The notes below the pieces were generated by a model that did not search any database, had not been told where the DNA came from, and saw nothing but the letters and a program-made list of their open reading frames with translations. Below are positions 1-8,822 of a stretch of 53,411 nucleotides of DNA, one piece after another. The stretch comes from a virus. Position 1 is the first letter of the stretch, and each line of letters opens with the position of its first letter. A program made the translations under genes and the position numbers. Location: positions 1-53,411 of the IMG/VR virus record IMGVR_UViG_3300050821_013390. One strand, written 5' to 3'.

Positions 1-98
1 CTATAGCACAACACTATTCTCAAGTGACTGGAAAAGAGTTAATTAATCCAGGCAATAGCGCTATACTTGATTACCAGCCTTATCCATTTCTATTAGCT
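1..98. repeat. Terminal direct repeat, copy 1 (identical to 53314..53411); circular-assembly overlap or terminal redundancy
   Basis: Bases 1-98 (ctatagcacaacactattc...ccatttctattagct) recur exactly at the 3' end of the window. One ORF reads through the join in frame. Confidence 0.95.
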
Positions 99-716
99 CA
101 TCCCGATAGATTAATTAAGGGTGAACGCAAAGGCCTAGAGATAAAAACCGTCAACATGAACTCTAAACATCTGTGGGGCGACGGTGGTCCTAGTACCAGC
201 TCCGATATACCCATGCATTATTATTATCAAATAGCCCACTACATGCTGGTTCTGGACTATCCTGCTTGGGATGTGGCTGTCTTATTTGGCGGTAATGAGT
301 TTAGGATATATAACTTTGAACGCGATTATGAAATGGATGAGCTCATTTTTAATAAAGCAAAGCATTTTTGGGAAGAGCATGTTCTTAAGAAGATTCCGCC
401 TGACCGTAACTTTGTGCATCCTCGTTTTAAAGAATGCATTAAACGTCAATATGATAAGGTGCAAGATGAGGTTGTAGAGCTGCCTGATGACTGCATTCAG
501 ATTAGTGAAGTAATCCATGGGGCTAAAGAGCAAATCAGAGAGTATCAAAAAATTAAAGAAGGTCTAGAGAATAAAATACTAGCTGACATGGGCAATGCCA
601 GTGTGGCTAAGTTAAGCAATGGTAACTACTTCGTTAGAAAACAGGTTACCACTAAAGAATATACTGTAAAAGCCAAAGAGTACGTACAGTTAAGTTTTAA
701 AGTGAGTAAGGAATGA
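1..716 (+). CDS. YqaJ/lambda-Exo-type recombination exonuclease, C-terminal part (gene starts at 53133 and crosses the circular junction)
   Basis: In frame with 53133..53411 through the 98-nt overlap. The joined product is about 298 aa. It has GLGGSDIGAI near the N-terminus and HPDRL...GLEIKT (PD-(D/E)xK-like) motifs typical of YqaJ-family exonucleases. Confidence 0.85.
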   Translation, partial: IAQHYSQVTGKELINPGNSAILDYQPYPFLLAHPDRLIKGERKGLEIKTVNMNSKHLWGDGGPSTSSDIPMHYYYQIAHYMLVLDYPAWDVAVLFGGNEFRIYNFERDYEMDELIFNKAKHFWEEHVLKKIPPDRNFVHPRFKECIKRQYDKVQDEVVELPDDCIQISEVIHGAKEQIREYQKIKEGLENKILADMGNASVAKLSNGNYFVRKQVTTKEYTVKAKEYVQLSFKVSKE

Positions 717-1042
717 AGATAGATATTTTACAAATCATGCAAGAGCTTGGCCTTACGCAAAAACAATTAGCCAAGCTTATGGGTGTTCATCCTCGCAGCG
801 TTGGTAGATGGATGAAGGAACCTGAAACCATTCCCGGACCGCCTAGGCATACTCTAATTGCATGGCAAAAATTACATAGAATTGGAATGGCTTGGGGGCC
901 TCACATGATTGACATTATGACGGATGACCAAAAGGTTCGGGTTAGGGAGGTAGTTACACACCATATAGATTTAAAAAGAACAGAGGCTGAGATTAAAACC
1001 TTAGAAGAAAAACTTAAGCAATTAAAAGTAGAGCAAGCATGA
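713..1042 (+). CDS. HTH DNA-binding protein (XRE-like)
   Basis: LGLTQKQLAKLMGVHPRSVGRWM helix-turn-helix. ATGA start/stop overlap with the exonuclease gene. Confidence 0.7.
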   Translation: MKIDILQIMQELGLTQKQLAKLMGVHPRSVGRWMKEPETIPGPPRHTLIAWQKLHRIGMAWGPHMIDIMTDDQKVRVREVVTHHIDLKRTEAEIKTLEEKLKQLKVEQA

Positions 1043-1224
1043 CAAAAATTACAACAATAGTATTTATATTCGTGTGCTGTCTGGGAGGGTCTTTTGTGGT
1101 TAGCAAGGTAATGGATATGTTAGTGGAAGAAAAAATTATAGACCAATTAGATGTTATTGTTATGCGCTTATGCTTATCGTTTTTTGTGCTTGGGGCCTCA
1201 ATTATGGCTTGGTTTTTAAAATAG
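1039..1224 (+). CDS. Small membrane protein (two hydrophobic segments)
   Basis: ATGA overlap with the upstream gene. TTIVFIFVCCLGGSFVV and LCLSFFVLGASIMAWFL segments. Confidence 0.55.
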   Translation: MTKITTIVFIFVCCLGGSFVVSKVMDMLVEEKIIDQLDVIVMRLCLSFFVLGASIMAWFLK

Positions 1225-1237
1225 TAAAGGAACAAAC

Positions 1238-1459
1238 ATGTCAGACATTAATATAACACCACCGGAAAGAAGGGATATACAAGAGGTTCTTGAAATGCCT
1301 CATCAAAGACAACAAAGAATACGGGGAAATTTGCTCATAGGAAGGCAAGCGGCTCGCCCATTAATAGCGCAATTTCAAGTTGTTACTAACCAGCAAATAC
1401 AAGCAAGAATGACATTAGAGGAGAATAGACGGCAGATTGATAATAGATTGGTAATATAA
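1238..1459 (+). CDS. Hypothetical protein
   Basis: SD-like AAAGGAAC upstream. Lies in a same-strand operon. Confidence 0.55.
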   Translation: MSDINITPPERRDIQEVLEMPHQRQQRIRGNLLIGRQAARPLIAQFQVVTNQQIQARMTLEENRRQIDNRLVI

Positions 1460-1472
1460 ATTAGGAGTAAAG

Positions 1473-2285
1473 ATGAGTAGTATACAGATTTTAGATTTTT
1501 CGAGCTTCGAGCATGCCCAGCGCTCAGCCAACCTAATAGCTAATTCAAGCTTTTGTCCAGGAAGCTTTAAAGGGAGGCCTATAGATGTATTGCTGGCTGT
1601 GGCGCATGGGGGGGAGCTTGGTATACAGCCCCTACAAGCATTACAGAACATTGCGGTTATTAATGGCAAGCCCGCTGTCTGGGGTGACCTAATGAAGGCA
1701 TTATGTGAGAGGGCTGTAGAATGCATGGATATAATAGAAACTTTTGACGAAGATATATGGGTTGCGGTGTGCATTGTTAAGCGAAAGGATAAGGCAGATG
1801 TTGTTGCTAAATTCAGCAAGGAAGATGCACAGAAGGCAAACCTATGGGGTAAACAAGGACCATGGACCACCTATCCTAAGCGTATGCTACAGATGCGTGC
1901 TCGCGGGTTTGCCTTAAGAGATGCTTTCCCTCATTTATTAAAAGGCTTAATATCAGCTGAAGAGGCTCAAGATAGCCCCGCTATTGTGCGCAAGCCTATT
2001 AATGATGGTAATATAATAGAACATACTGTGAATGAGGTCGTTCCTATAACGGTGGAGACCCTGGAAAAATTGGCACATTTGATTACTTTCGCGAGCGATC
2101 CATTTGCAACAGAGGAAGCAATCTTACGCAAAGCTCGGGTAAAAACATTAGCTCAGCTTACAGAAGAAGCAGCACAAGGGTGGGTTAATATGATGGAAGC
2201 AAAGATGCAAGAGCGGGAGAAGGAGCCCAAGGAAGCGCCTATAATTGGGGCTATTGAAACCAATGAACAGATAGGGGGTGAATAA
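1473..2285 (+). CDS. Single-strand annealing protein, Bet(Red-beta)/RecT superfamily
   Basis: GKQGPWTTYPKRMLQMRARGFALRDAFP resembles, as I recall it, the conserved core of Bet/RecT-type annealases. It is partnered with a YqaJ exonuclease in the same operon. AGGAG SD. Confidence 0.75.
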   Translation: MSSIQILDFSSFEHAQRSANLIANSSFCPGSFKGRPIDVLLAVAHGGELGIQPLQALQNIAVINGKPAVWGDLMKALCERAVECMDIIETFDEDIWVAVCIVKRKDKADVVAKFSKEDAQKANLWGKQGPWTTYPKRMLQMRARGFALRDAFPHLLKGLISAEEAQDSPAIVRKPINDGNIIEHTVNEVVPITVETLEKLAHLITFASDPFATEEAILRKARVKTLAQLTEEAAQGWVNMMEAKMQEREKEPKEAPIIGAIETNEQIGGE

Positions 2286-2677
2286 TGAGTATTACTAGTT
2301 TTTTAAAGAGTTTGTTTAATAAGCCAGTAGTAGAGCAAGATGCTTTTATAAATATTGACAGATACACAGAGAGCGCTCTTAGGCTAGCTTTAGAGGCTAA
2401 AATTTGGCAAAAAGAACAGCAAGTTAAGAAGGACTTTCCTATTACTCGCATACCTTGTCAAAAAAGGATCCATATAGAAGGAGGGTATGAGGGAATGGTT
2501 AAGGACATACTTGCGCAAGCTGCTCGCCCTCTTCGTGTGAAAAAAATATTAAAACTAATGGGGCCAAAATATAAAAGCAAAAAACAATCGGTATCGGCAT
2601 GCCTATATAGATGTACAAGGGCAAATAAAACTTTCTTTAGAGATGGTCCTTGTTTTGGCCTTCTGGAATGGGAGTAA
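2285..2677 (+). CDS. Hypothetical protein
   Basis: TAATG overlap with the annealase gene. Basic C-terminal half. Confidence 0.55.
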   Translation: MSITSFLKSLFNKPVVEQDAFINIDRYTESALRLALEAKIWQKEQQVKKDFPITRIPCQKRIHIEGGYEGMVKDILAQAARPLRVKKILKLMGPKYKSKKQSVSACLYRCTRANKTFFRDGPCFGLLEWE

Positions 2678-2679
2678 AA

Positions 2680-2823
2680 ATGAAAAATATACTAGTAATC
2701 CTAGCGATTATGTCGCTTAATGGTTGCATTATGAAGGCTAATGAGATAGATATAGACCCGGAATTTGAGCTTATGAAGTCCATGGTTCTAGATAAAGGGA
2801 ATGGGAATAGGAGACTTTTATAA
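2680..2823 (+). CDS. Mini-lipoprotein candidate (47 aa)
   Basis: Not in the ORF track. MKNILVILAIMSLNG|C is a signal peptide with a lipobox-like LNGC. GGGAG SD 6 nt upstream. Confidence 0.5.
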   Translation: MKNILVILAIMSLNGCIMKANEIDIDPEFELMKSMVLDKGNGNRRLL

Positions 2824-2846
2824 ATATAAATTTTGCTTTCTTTTCT

Positions 2847-4055
2847 TTGTTTGGAATAGCTTTTTCTTCAGGCTCCGTGTTTATTTTTTTAGCAAGCAGC
2901 TTACCGTTATTAATCTATTCTGAGCATGGTTCTGCTAAGCAAATCAGCATTCTAGCGTTAATAACAATTCCCTATTCTTTAAAAATATTATGGGCGCCGT
3001 ATTTCGATCATAATGTGGCCCCAGTTCTATATAGATGCTTTGGTCATCGTAAGGCGTGGGCGTTATTTTTACTTGCTGTTTTATTTATCATGATGGGGTT
3101 TATGCCCTATACATCGCCACACAAGGATTATCTATTAACCTGCTTATTAGCAACTCTCATATGCATGGGGATGGCTATGATAGATACTATATCAGCAGCT
3201 TACCGTGCGGGGAACTTCACCAAGGAACGTTTGCCGATGGCTATGGCTTTTACTAACATGGGATTTTATACGGGTTTATTATTAGCAGGCGCTGGGTCTT
3301 TATATTGTTCTGCTCATAACTTCTCCTGGCAACGAATTAATCTACTAATGCTATATTTATTAATACCTAGCTTTATAGGTTGGTTATGCTTGGGTGATAC
3401 TACCCAAAACGCTATCTCTAATCACCCAGATAAACAGCCCCTACGAGATTTTGTTAAAACTTTACAACATGCATTAAAGGATTTAAACCAGAGCCACTCA
3501 TTGAAGTGGCTTGCATTATTTATATTGTTTTATAAAATTAGTGATTCTGTTACCCAATACTGGGGTCCAGTAATGTTTATGGATTTAGGATTTAGCAAAT
3601 CTGAATTAGCCTTTACCGTAAGAACTGTGGGTACTGTAGCCATGCTGGTGGCGAGTGCTATTGCCGGCAAATGGCTTACTAAAACAGGAATTATGCGAGG
3701 CATGATTGGGTGTGGTATTTTACAGTTAGCTGCTCCCTTGGTGTTGTTGTATTTCGCAACAAGCAGCCAAAACAAAGTTATCTTTACTATTACGGTAGTT
3801 ATTCAAGCTATTGTATGTGGAATGGCTCATACGGCACTAATGACTTTTTTAGCCAGTTTATGTAAAGGTCAATATATAATCACTAAAATTGCTGTAGTAT
3901 GCTCATTTGCATCATTTATGCGCACATTATTGGCTTATGGGAGTGGCTATTTTAAGGGCTATACCAATATCAGTTGGCCCCTTTTCTTTATTATCGTGGC
4001 AGTTTCAAGCATACCCTTTCTGTATGCAGCACGAAAACTAAAATCCTGTAGTTAA
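2847..4055 (+). CDS. ampG: AmpG-family MFS permease (muropeptide transporter-like)
   Basis: Multi-pass membrane protein. PYSLKILWAPYFD...FGHRKAW and IDTISAAYRAGNFTKERLP match the AmpG signatures (FKFLWSPLMD...FGRRRGW, DIVFDAW..D.L..EERG). The only in-frame start is TTG at 2847; the frame is open from 2811. Confidence 0.75.
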   Translation: MFGIAFSSGSVFIFLASSLPLLIYSEHGSAKQISILALITIPYSLKILWAPYFDHNVAPVLYRCFGHRKAWALFLLAVLFIMMGFMPYTSPHKDYLLTCLLATLICMGMAMIDTISAAYRAGNFTKERLPMAMAFTNMGFYTGLLLAGAGSLYCSAHNFSWQRINLLMLYLLIPSFIGWLCLGDTTQNAISNHPDKQPLRDFVKTLQHALKDLNQSHSLKWLALFILFYKISDSVTQYWGPVMFMDLGFSKSELAFTVRTVGTVAMLVASAIAGKWLTKTGIMRGMIGCGILQLAAPLVLLYFATSSQNKVIFTITVVIQAIVCGMAHTALMTFLASLCKGQYIITKIAVVCSFASFMRTLLAYGSGYFKGYTNISWPLFFIIVAVSSIPFLYAARKLKSCS

Positions 4056-4333
4056 GTTACATTCAAGATAATGTTAAGCTGCCTCTTGAATTCTTGCGTT
4101 AGAGCTTTCTCTAGCATTTCATCAGCCACCTCTATTCTCCTCTCTAACGCGGCTGTATACCTACTGCTATCCCCCAGGTCCTCCTCATATGCATCTGACA
4201 ATGCCTGGCATTTTTTCTCTAAATCTTTAATCTGTTTTTGTTCATAGGTCCTGCGTACAGCCAACGCTTTATCAGCCTCAGATGTCTTATTATAGGGAGG
4301 TTGAAGTAATATGTCCTTGAAAATATGGTGCAT
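4052..4333 (-). CDS. Hypothetical coiled-coil protein
   Basis: Last ORF of the leftward late block. Its stop shares a TTAA with the ampG-like stop (convergent, no spacer). Confidence 0.5.
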   Translation of the reverse strand: MHHIFKDILLQPPYNKTSEADKALAVRRTYEQKQIKDLEKKCQALSDAYEEDLGDSSRYTAALERRIEVADEMLEKALTQEFKRQLNIILNVT

Positions 4334-4404
4334 TTGCCGTTCCGTGAGCTTTTGGTCCTATATTTTCGCGCGATATACAACGGACGTCAATATTAAGAGT
4401 CACC

Positions 4405-4773
4405 CTAATTTGGTAGTCCTAACATGGATTTCCTAACTGCCCTTTCTTCTACATGTCTTTCGTGAGGAACCATAATGGTTATGGTATGCGAAAACAATAT
4501 AGCCGGTTGGGCTATTGGTATTTCTGTGTAATCCTCAATACATGCTTGGGTTACCTCTAAAATTCCCAGCGTTGTTGGAGAGGGTGGCCGAGACGCTCTG
4601 CGCGCCCGCGACTCTGTAATAAAATTAGTTAGCTTCTCCCTAATAGACTTTGTGCGAAATAATACATCACATATACAGAAGGGGGCCGCTATTACCAATA
4701 CTGCCATAATTAACCACCAGGTTATCCATTGTGGACCGTTTAATAGGGTAGATACATAATTAAAGATAAACAT
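4405..4773 (-). CDS. Membrane-anchored hypothetical protein
   Basis: N-terminal TM segment WITWWLIMAVLVIAAPFCICDVLF. Confidence 0.55.
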   Translation of the reverse strand: MFIFNYVSTLLNGPQWITWWLIMAVLVIAAPFCICDVLFRTKSIREKLTNFITESRARRASRPPSPTTLGILEVTQACIEDYTEIPIAQPAILFSHTITIMVPHERHVEERAVRKSMLGLPN

Positions 4774-4930
4774 TGGGGAGCCTCTTGTTTATGCAATCGA
4801 CATATTCCAAACCTATTGTCGATATTTTACTTATATTTGAACATTTCTTTTTCTTAGATGCTAGGGCTATTATATAGTCCCTCCATCTATTACTAGCATT
4901 TGAGGGGTGTGCACTGTTTGCGTTCTTCAT
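4760..4930 (-). CDS. Small hypothetical protein (56 aa)
   Basis: Not in the ORF track. ATG at 4928-4930. Fills the gap between the VRR-NUC gene and the next gene and overlaps the next start. Confidence 0.3.
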   Translation of the reverse strand: MKNANSAHPSNASNRWRDYIIALASKKKKCSNISKISTIGLEYVDCINKRLPNVYL

Positions 4931-4945
4931 GTCTAAGCTTACAAA

Positions 4946-5320
4946 TCAGCTAGATAAACCACAATGCTCAAGAAAAACTTGTTGCGCCTCATTCCAGCTA
5001 TAAACGATTTCAACTCGATAGTTTTGTTGTCGTAGGGCGTCCTGAATGTCCTTTTGAATAGGACTAGATTTTCTGCCTTTTACCTTAAACTCAAGCCTTA
5101 AGCCGTGATGTTTACCATCTTTAGAAGCAATGTCAATACTTACATCAGGCACTCCCGCCGTTACCCCCGCAAGCTTCATGTTATGAGCCTCAAAGATATT
5201 ACGGGAGCCTCCGTTAGGTATAGCGTAAACTACTTTCCTTAGCTCAGGATGGGCATAGCTTAACCATCTAAAGAAAAACGCCTGTTCTTTTTCTTCTGTT
5301 TTATTATATTTTCTGGGCAT
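4946..5320 (-). CDS. VRR-NUC domain nuclease
   Basis: GVPDVSI...GLRLEFKVKG...Q is a PD-ExK core. The size and the N-terminal FFRWL pattern are typical of VRR-NUC. Confidence 0.75.
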   Translation of the reverse strand: MPRKYNKTEEKEQAFFFRWLSYAHPELRKVVYAIPNGGSRNIFEAHNMKLAGVTAGVPDVSIDIASKDGKHHGLRLEFKVKGRKSSPIQKDIQDALRQQNYRVEIVYSWNEAQQVFLEHCGLSS

Positions 5321-5322
5321 TT

Positions 5323-6480
5323 TTAACTTATAGTAACGCTTATATCAGCAACGTCTGTAGGCGCATTTGTGTTAGTGGTGAAAGCATAAACCGTAACACT
5401 AGTTGTTAATGTTGCTGCATAGCTAGTAACAATAGATGCGCCATTACCAGCTGTAGCTATCACAACATAATTAGTATTAGCCAATGGCGTTGTATAAGTA
5501 ATTACCCATTGACCCGTAGCAATGTGATTTACAGTTGCTACATTAAACTGTGAATTAATGGTGCAAAGCTGAGGTATAGCTCCTGTTACTCCATTAAACC
5601 GTACATTCGCTATTCCCGAACCAGTTAAAGACCAAACACCAGGAGCAGTACGTACCGGTATCCCCGTTCCTGCTCCAAAGCTAATTAATGCAAGCAAGTC
5701 GCTTCCGAATGCAAAATGAAAAATGCCATTGCCAGTTATAGGGTTGGTTGTGCTGCTTGTTATTACCAAATTAGCTGCATTGGTACCATTGGGAACATCA
5801 GCGCCAATAGAATCAACGTATTGATTTGGCGTTATGCCAATCTGGATGTTAGCGGAACTGGTAGTAACTGTAATAGGAGTGGCACCTGTTATCGACTTTA
5901 ATGCCCACGTATCAACCCCTGTTCTATCAGCGAATCCAGTTGCCCCTCCAAATTGAGTTAATGCCAATAAATCATGTGCTAAACCAACATTAATAGTCCC
6001 TGTAGTTGTTATAGGAAGCCCTGGAGTTCCCGTAATTACAACATTATTATTTAGAGAATCAGCGTTTATGGAGGTAACCGCGGCAGAGCCAGCAGGACGA
6101 ACAACGCGCCAGCTGCCATTTACCGTTGTATTGTCAGTTAAAATAAATTCCCAAAACTCGCCTGGCGCAATAGTGGCTAATGTGGTGCCTCCATTGTTTG
6201 CTACGATATAAGCATTAGTGCCCGGATTATTAAAAGTTACTTTCTCTCCAGTGCTTGCTTCTTGCGCGTTCGGCATCATAACTGTATTGCTGCCCGCATC
6301 TGTCGCGGTTATATCTATCCACCCTGCAACTATATAGGGGGTATCTATAAATTGGGTAGACCAGTATAAAACAAGAGGATTATTAACAGGTACGGTAGTA
6401 TTATTTAGCGTATAAGCCGCATAAGAGGTATAAGAGGTTTGCGTTACCCCGCTACCAATAATATTAATATATGACATCAC
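5323..6480 (-). CDS. Tail fibre / receptor-binding protein 2
   Basis: Thr/Gly/Asn/Val-rich beta-type composition. Internal duplicated module (LLALTQFGGATGFADRTGVDTWAL / LLALISFGAGTGIPVRTAPGVWSL). Lies at the end of the virion block. Confidence 0.6.
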   Translation of the reverse strand: MMSYINIIGSGVTQTSYTSYAAYTLNNTTVPVNNPLVLYWSTQFIDTPYIVAGWIDITATDAGSNTVMMPNAQEASTGEKVTFNNPGTNAYIVANNGGTTLATIAPGEFWEFILTDNTTVNGSWRVVRPAGSAAVTSINADSLNNNVVITGTPGLPITTTGTINVGLAHDLLALTQFGGATGFADRTGVDTWALKSITGATPITVTTSSANIQIGITPNQYVDSIGADVPNGTNAANLVITSSTTNPITGNGIFHFAFGSDLLALISFGAGTGIPVRTAPGVWSLTGSGIANVRFNGVTGAIPQLCTINSQFNVATVNHIATGQWVITYTTPLANTNYVVIATAGNGASIVTSYAATLTTSVTVYAFTTNTNAPTDVADISVTIS

Positions 6481-6542
6481 TTTTCCTTGTTGTTAATTAA
6501 ATCTTCTATGATTTTTACTATCTAAAGCTATTGCTTATAACA

Positions 6543-8822
6543 CTACTCTTCCTTTTGTTCTTTGTTATTTAAATTCTGCGCAATCTTGCCGCTATCTAAA
6601 ACGACTGCCTGCATAAGTCGTTTCAAAATATTTTGTGCTAAAGCTTCTTTGCCGGCTTGTCTGGCAACTGCATAAGAGCGTGCAAAATTTACTATCCTAG
6701 GGCTGGATACCATATGGCTAAGTATGTAAGGGTAGCCTGCTGCATAAGCCGCTGGCAAAATGGCGGCGCCTGCTCCAGTAAGGTTTCCAGTGGTTCCCAA
6801 TACCGCAGATACTGCTGTGGATGCGCTCATCATCATGGCTTTAGACACCAAGCCTTTGCGCACTAAATCAGCAGCCACTAAAGCACTTCCGCTAGTATTT
6901 AATAATTCTCTACCATCTTTAGCAAATTGTTCTGCTATTTTACCCACTTCACTTAATTTCTTATACTCTTCCTTTCCTAATAAGCTCTGTACCAATCTTC
7001 CGTCACCATGTTCTTTTTTGGTAAACAAATTAGCGAAGCTTTGACTACTTAAACCCTCTCTTTCTGGGTTATAACCGTTCCTTGCTAGCACTTCCCGTAA
7101 TTTAGTTTCCTTCAAATCATTAAATATTTTAATGCCTTCAGGTGTTTTGCCGGCAGCTTTTTCTAATAACTCTATGTTTTTAGGAGTAGTCATCAGCGCA
7201 TAAGCTTCTTTAGGTTCTTTATTCTTCAAAATAGCATCAGCTACCGAACTTCTATAGCGGTCTATTATATTTTGTTTATAAAACCTATCTGCATCTTTGT
7301 GCGCTACTACAAATTCCTTATTAGGCGAGCGTTCAATGTCTGCCGCTAATGCCCCCCTTAATCCATTTATAAAATTCTCAACCCCATTCTTAGACTCATA
7401 ACCAGTCTTGCTGCCTAAAATATCTTCAAGCGCCGTCAATTTAGAGGTTGGTATGGCAGTCTTAAATTTCTTTTCTAATTGCTCAGTCACCTGTTTAATA
7501 AAATTTTCCTGTTCCAAAACACTGACTACGCTTTTATTCATTCCCGATAGCTCAGTGCCTTTGTATTTTTCAGATAGTGGTAACTCTAAATCTATTGCTA
7601 AATCTTTTAAGGTGTTAGCTAATTTAACACGACCAGCATCATTTGAGCGAGTGGTTAAAATCTTATCCTTTATTTTTTCAATGAGAGCATGTGTATTATG
7701 CGGAACAATTTTATCCTTATCAGTTAACAATGAGTTTGCCTCTTCATATAATTTAGAGGCCTCTGCTCTAGCTATATTACGACCTGTATGTGCTTCTGCC
7801 TTTAATGCCTGTGAGCCTATTTCAGGAGTTGTATGTTCAGCGCCCAATGACTTTATAGAGCGTTCCACAGCACCTAATACAGATTTATTACTCCTCTTAA
7901 TTGCCTCATTATAAGCTTCACTAGTATAAACAGATTGCAATACATTATTAGCCGCATTATTGGCTCGCTTACTATTCATCCCTACATTAAACGGCAGCTC
8001 AATACCATGCTCTTTGGCCATCTTAAATATTTCAACATTAGGCTTAGCCCCTTTAGCTACAGATGCCAATAATGCCTCTTTAGGTAGCTTAGCGAGTTTC
8101 TTGGCAGCGCTGGGTATAAAAGATGCAGCTATATCAGCTATTGGCTCAGGCAAACCTGCTTGATGTGCGGCTTCGGCTCCTGCACCTAGTAAAGCCGCCT
8201 CTCCTGCGGGGGCGGCGCTTTTCAACAAGGGTCTGGCTATTTTAGCTAAACCTCCCGCTATTCCAGCCCCTACTGTAGTGGCTCCGGTAGCGGCAGCTGC
8301 TGGCGCTCCAGCCCCCAGTAAAGCCCCTAATCCTGTGGCACCCGCTGCGGTTCCAGCCCAACGAGCACCTTTACCTGCTATGCTTTCCCACAAACCTTCT
8401 GCTTGATGCTCATTTACATCAACACCCATTTTTTTTAATTGGTCTTGTATAAAATGCGATGGCAGGTGTTCTGGCTTGAAATCAACGGTACGCTCTAAAA
8501 TAGACGCTTCAGGCATCTCTATATTTAATTTTTTAGCAATAGGTTTTTGTATATATTCCCGTGATAAATGCAGCGGGTTTATATGGCTTGCTAAGCTTAA
8601 TAAATTCTGCGGAATGTCAGGTGCTTCCGTTGCCCCCTTTAGCGCCTCTTGTGCCAAGAATCTAGTAGTGGAGCGCTTGGGGGCTGCGGGAAGTTCTTCA
8701 GGAATGGGTTCTTCAATAGGGGCATCCCTGTGTACGGGTTCAAGAGGTCTTAACTTGGTTCTCCAGCTATCACTGCCATTGTCATTAGATATTGGCCTTA
8801 ATTTAGCTCGCCAATCGCTCAT
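6543..8822 (-). CDS. Large internal virion/ejection-type protein with Gly/Ala-rich membrane segments
   Basis: 759 aa. N-terminal duplicated SDWRAKLRP / DSWRTKLRP. Long GxxxG/Ala-rich hydrophobic runs (AGTAAGATGLGALLGAGAPAAAATGATTVGAGIAGG, and near the C-terminus). Position matches podovirus internal core proteins. Confidence 0.5.
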   Translation of the reverse strand: MSDWRAKLRPISNDNGSDSWRTKLRPLEPVHRDAPIEEPIPEELPAAPKRSTTRFLAQEALKGATEAPDIPQNLLSLASHINPLHLSREYIQKPIAKKLNIEMPEASILERTVDFKPEHLPSHFIQDQLKKMGVDVNEHQAEGLWESIAGKGARWAGTAAGATGLGALLGAGAPAAAATGATTVGAGIAGGLAKIARPLLKSAAPAGEAALLGAGAEAAHQAGLPEPIADIAASFIPSAAKKLAKLPKEALLASVAKGAKPNVEIFKMAKEHGIELPFNVGMNSKRANNAANNVLQSVYTSEAYNEAIKRSNKSVLGAVERSIKSLGAEHTTPEIGSQALKAEAHTGRNIARAEASKLYEEANSLLTDKDKIVPHNTHALIEKIKDKILTTRSNDAGRVKLANTLKDLAIDLELPLSEKYKGTELSGMNKSVVSVLEQENFIKQVTEQLEKKFKTAIPTSKLTALEDILGSKTGYESKNGVENFINGLRGALAADIERSPNKEFVVAHKDADRFYKQNIIDRYRSSVADAILKNKEPKEAYALMTTPKNIELLEKAAGKTPEGIKIFNDLKETKLREVLARNGYNPEREGLSSQSFANLFTKKEHGDGRLVQSLLGKEEYKKLSEVGKIAEQFAKDGRELLNTSGSALVAADLVRKGLVSKAMMMSASTAVSAVLGTTGNLTGAGAAILPAAYAAGYPYILSHMVSSPRIVNFARSYAVARQAGKEALAQNILKRLMQAVVLDSGKIAQNLNNKEQKEE

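Noticed and set aside
1-98. The 98-nt terminal repeat considered as an attachment site or IS/prophage boundary.
   Set aside because: The repeat lies inside a conserved exonuclease ORF that is restored by joining the ends. No integrase or flanking host genes are present. An assembly overlap of a circular or permuted genome is the simpler reading.
2811-2846. Extending the ampG-like ORF upstream to recover the missing N-terminal residues.
   Set aside because: The frame is open only from 2811 and contains no ATG, GTG or TTG before 2847. I therefore kept the TTG start and flagged possible truncation.
6543-8822. Looking for a T7 gp16-like lytic transglycosylase domain in the 759-aa internal protein.
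   Set aside because: I could not find the catalytic Glu-Ser/SLT-type motif context by eye. Only the size, position and hydrophobic Gly/Ala segments support an internal-protein role.
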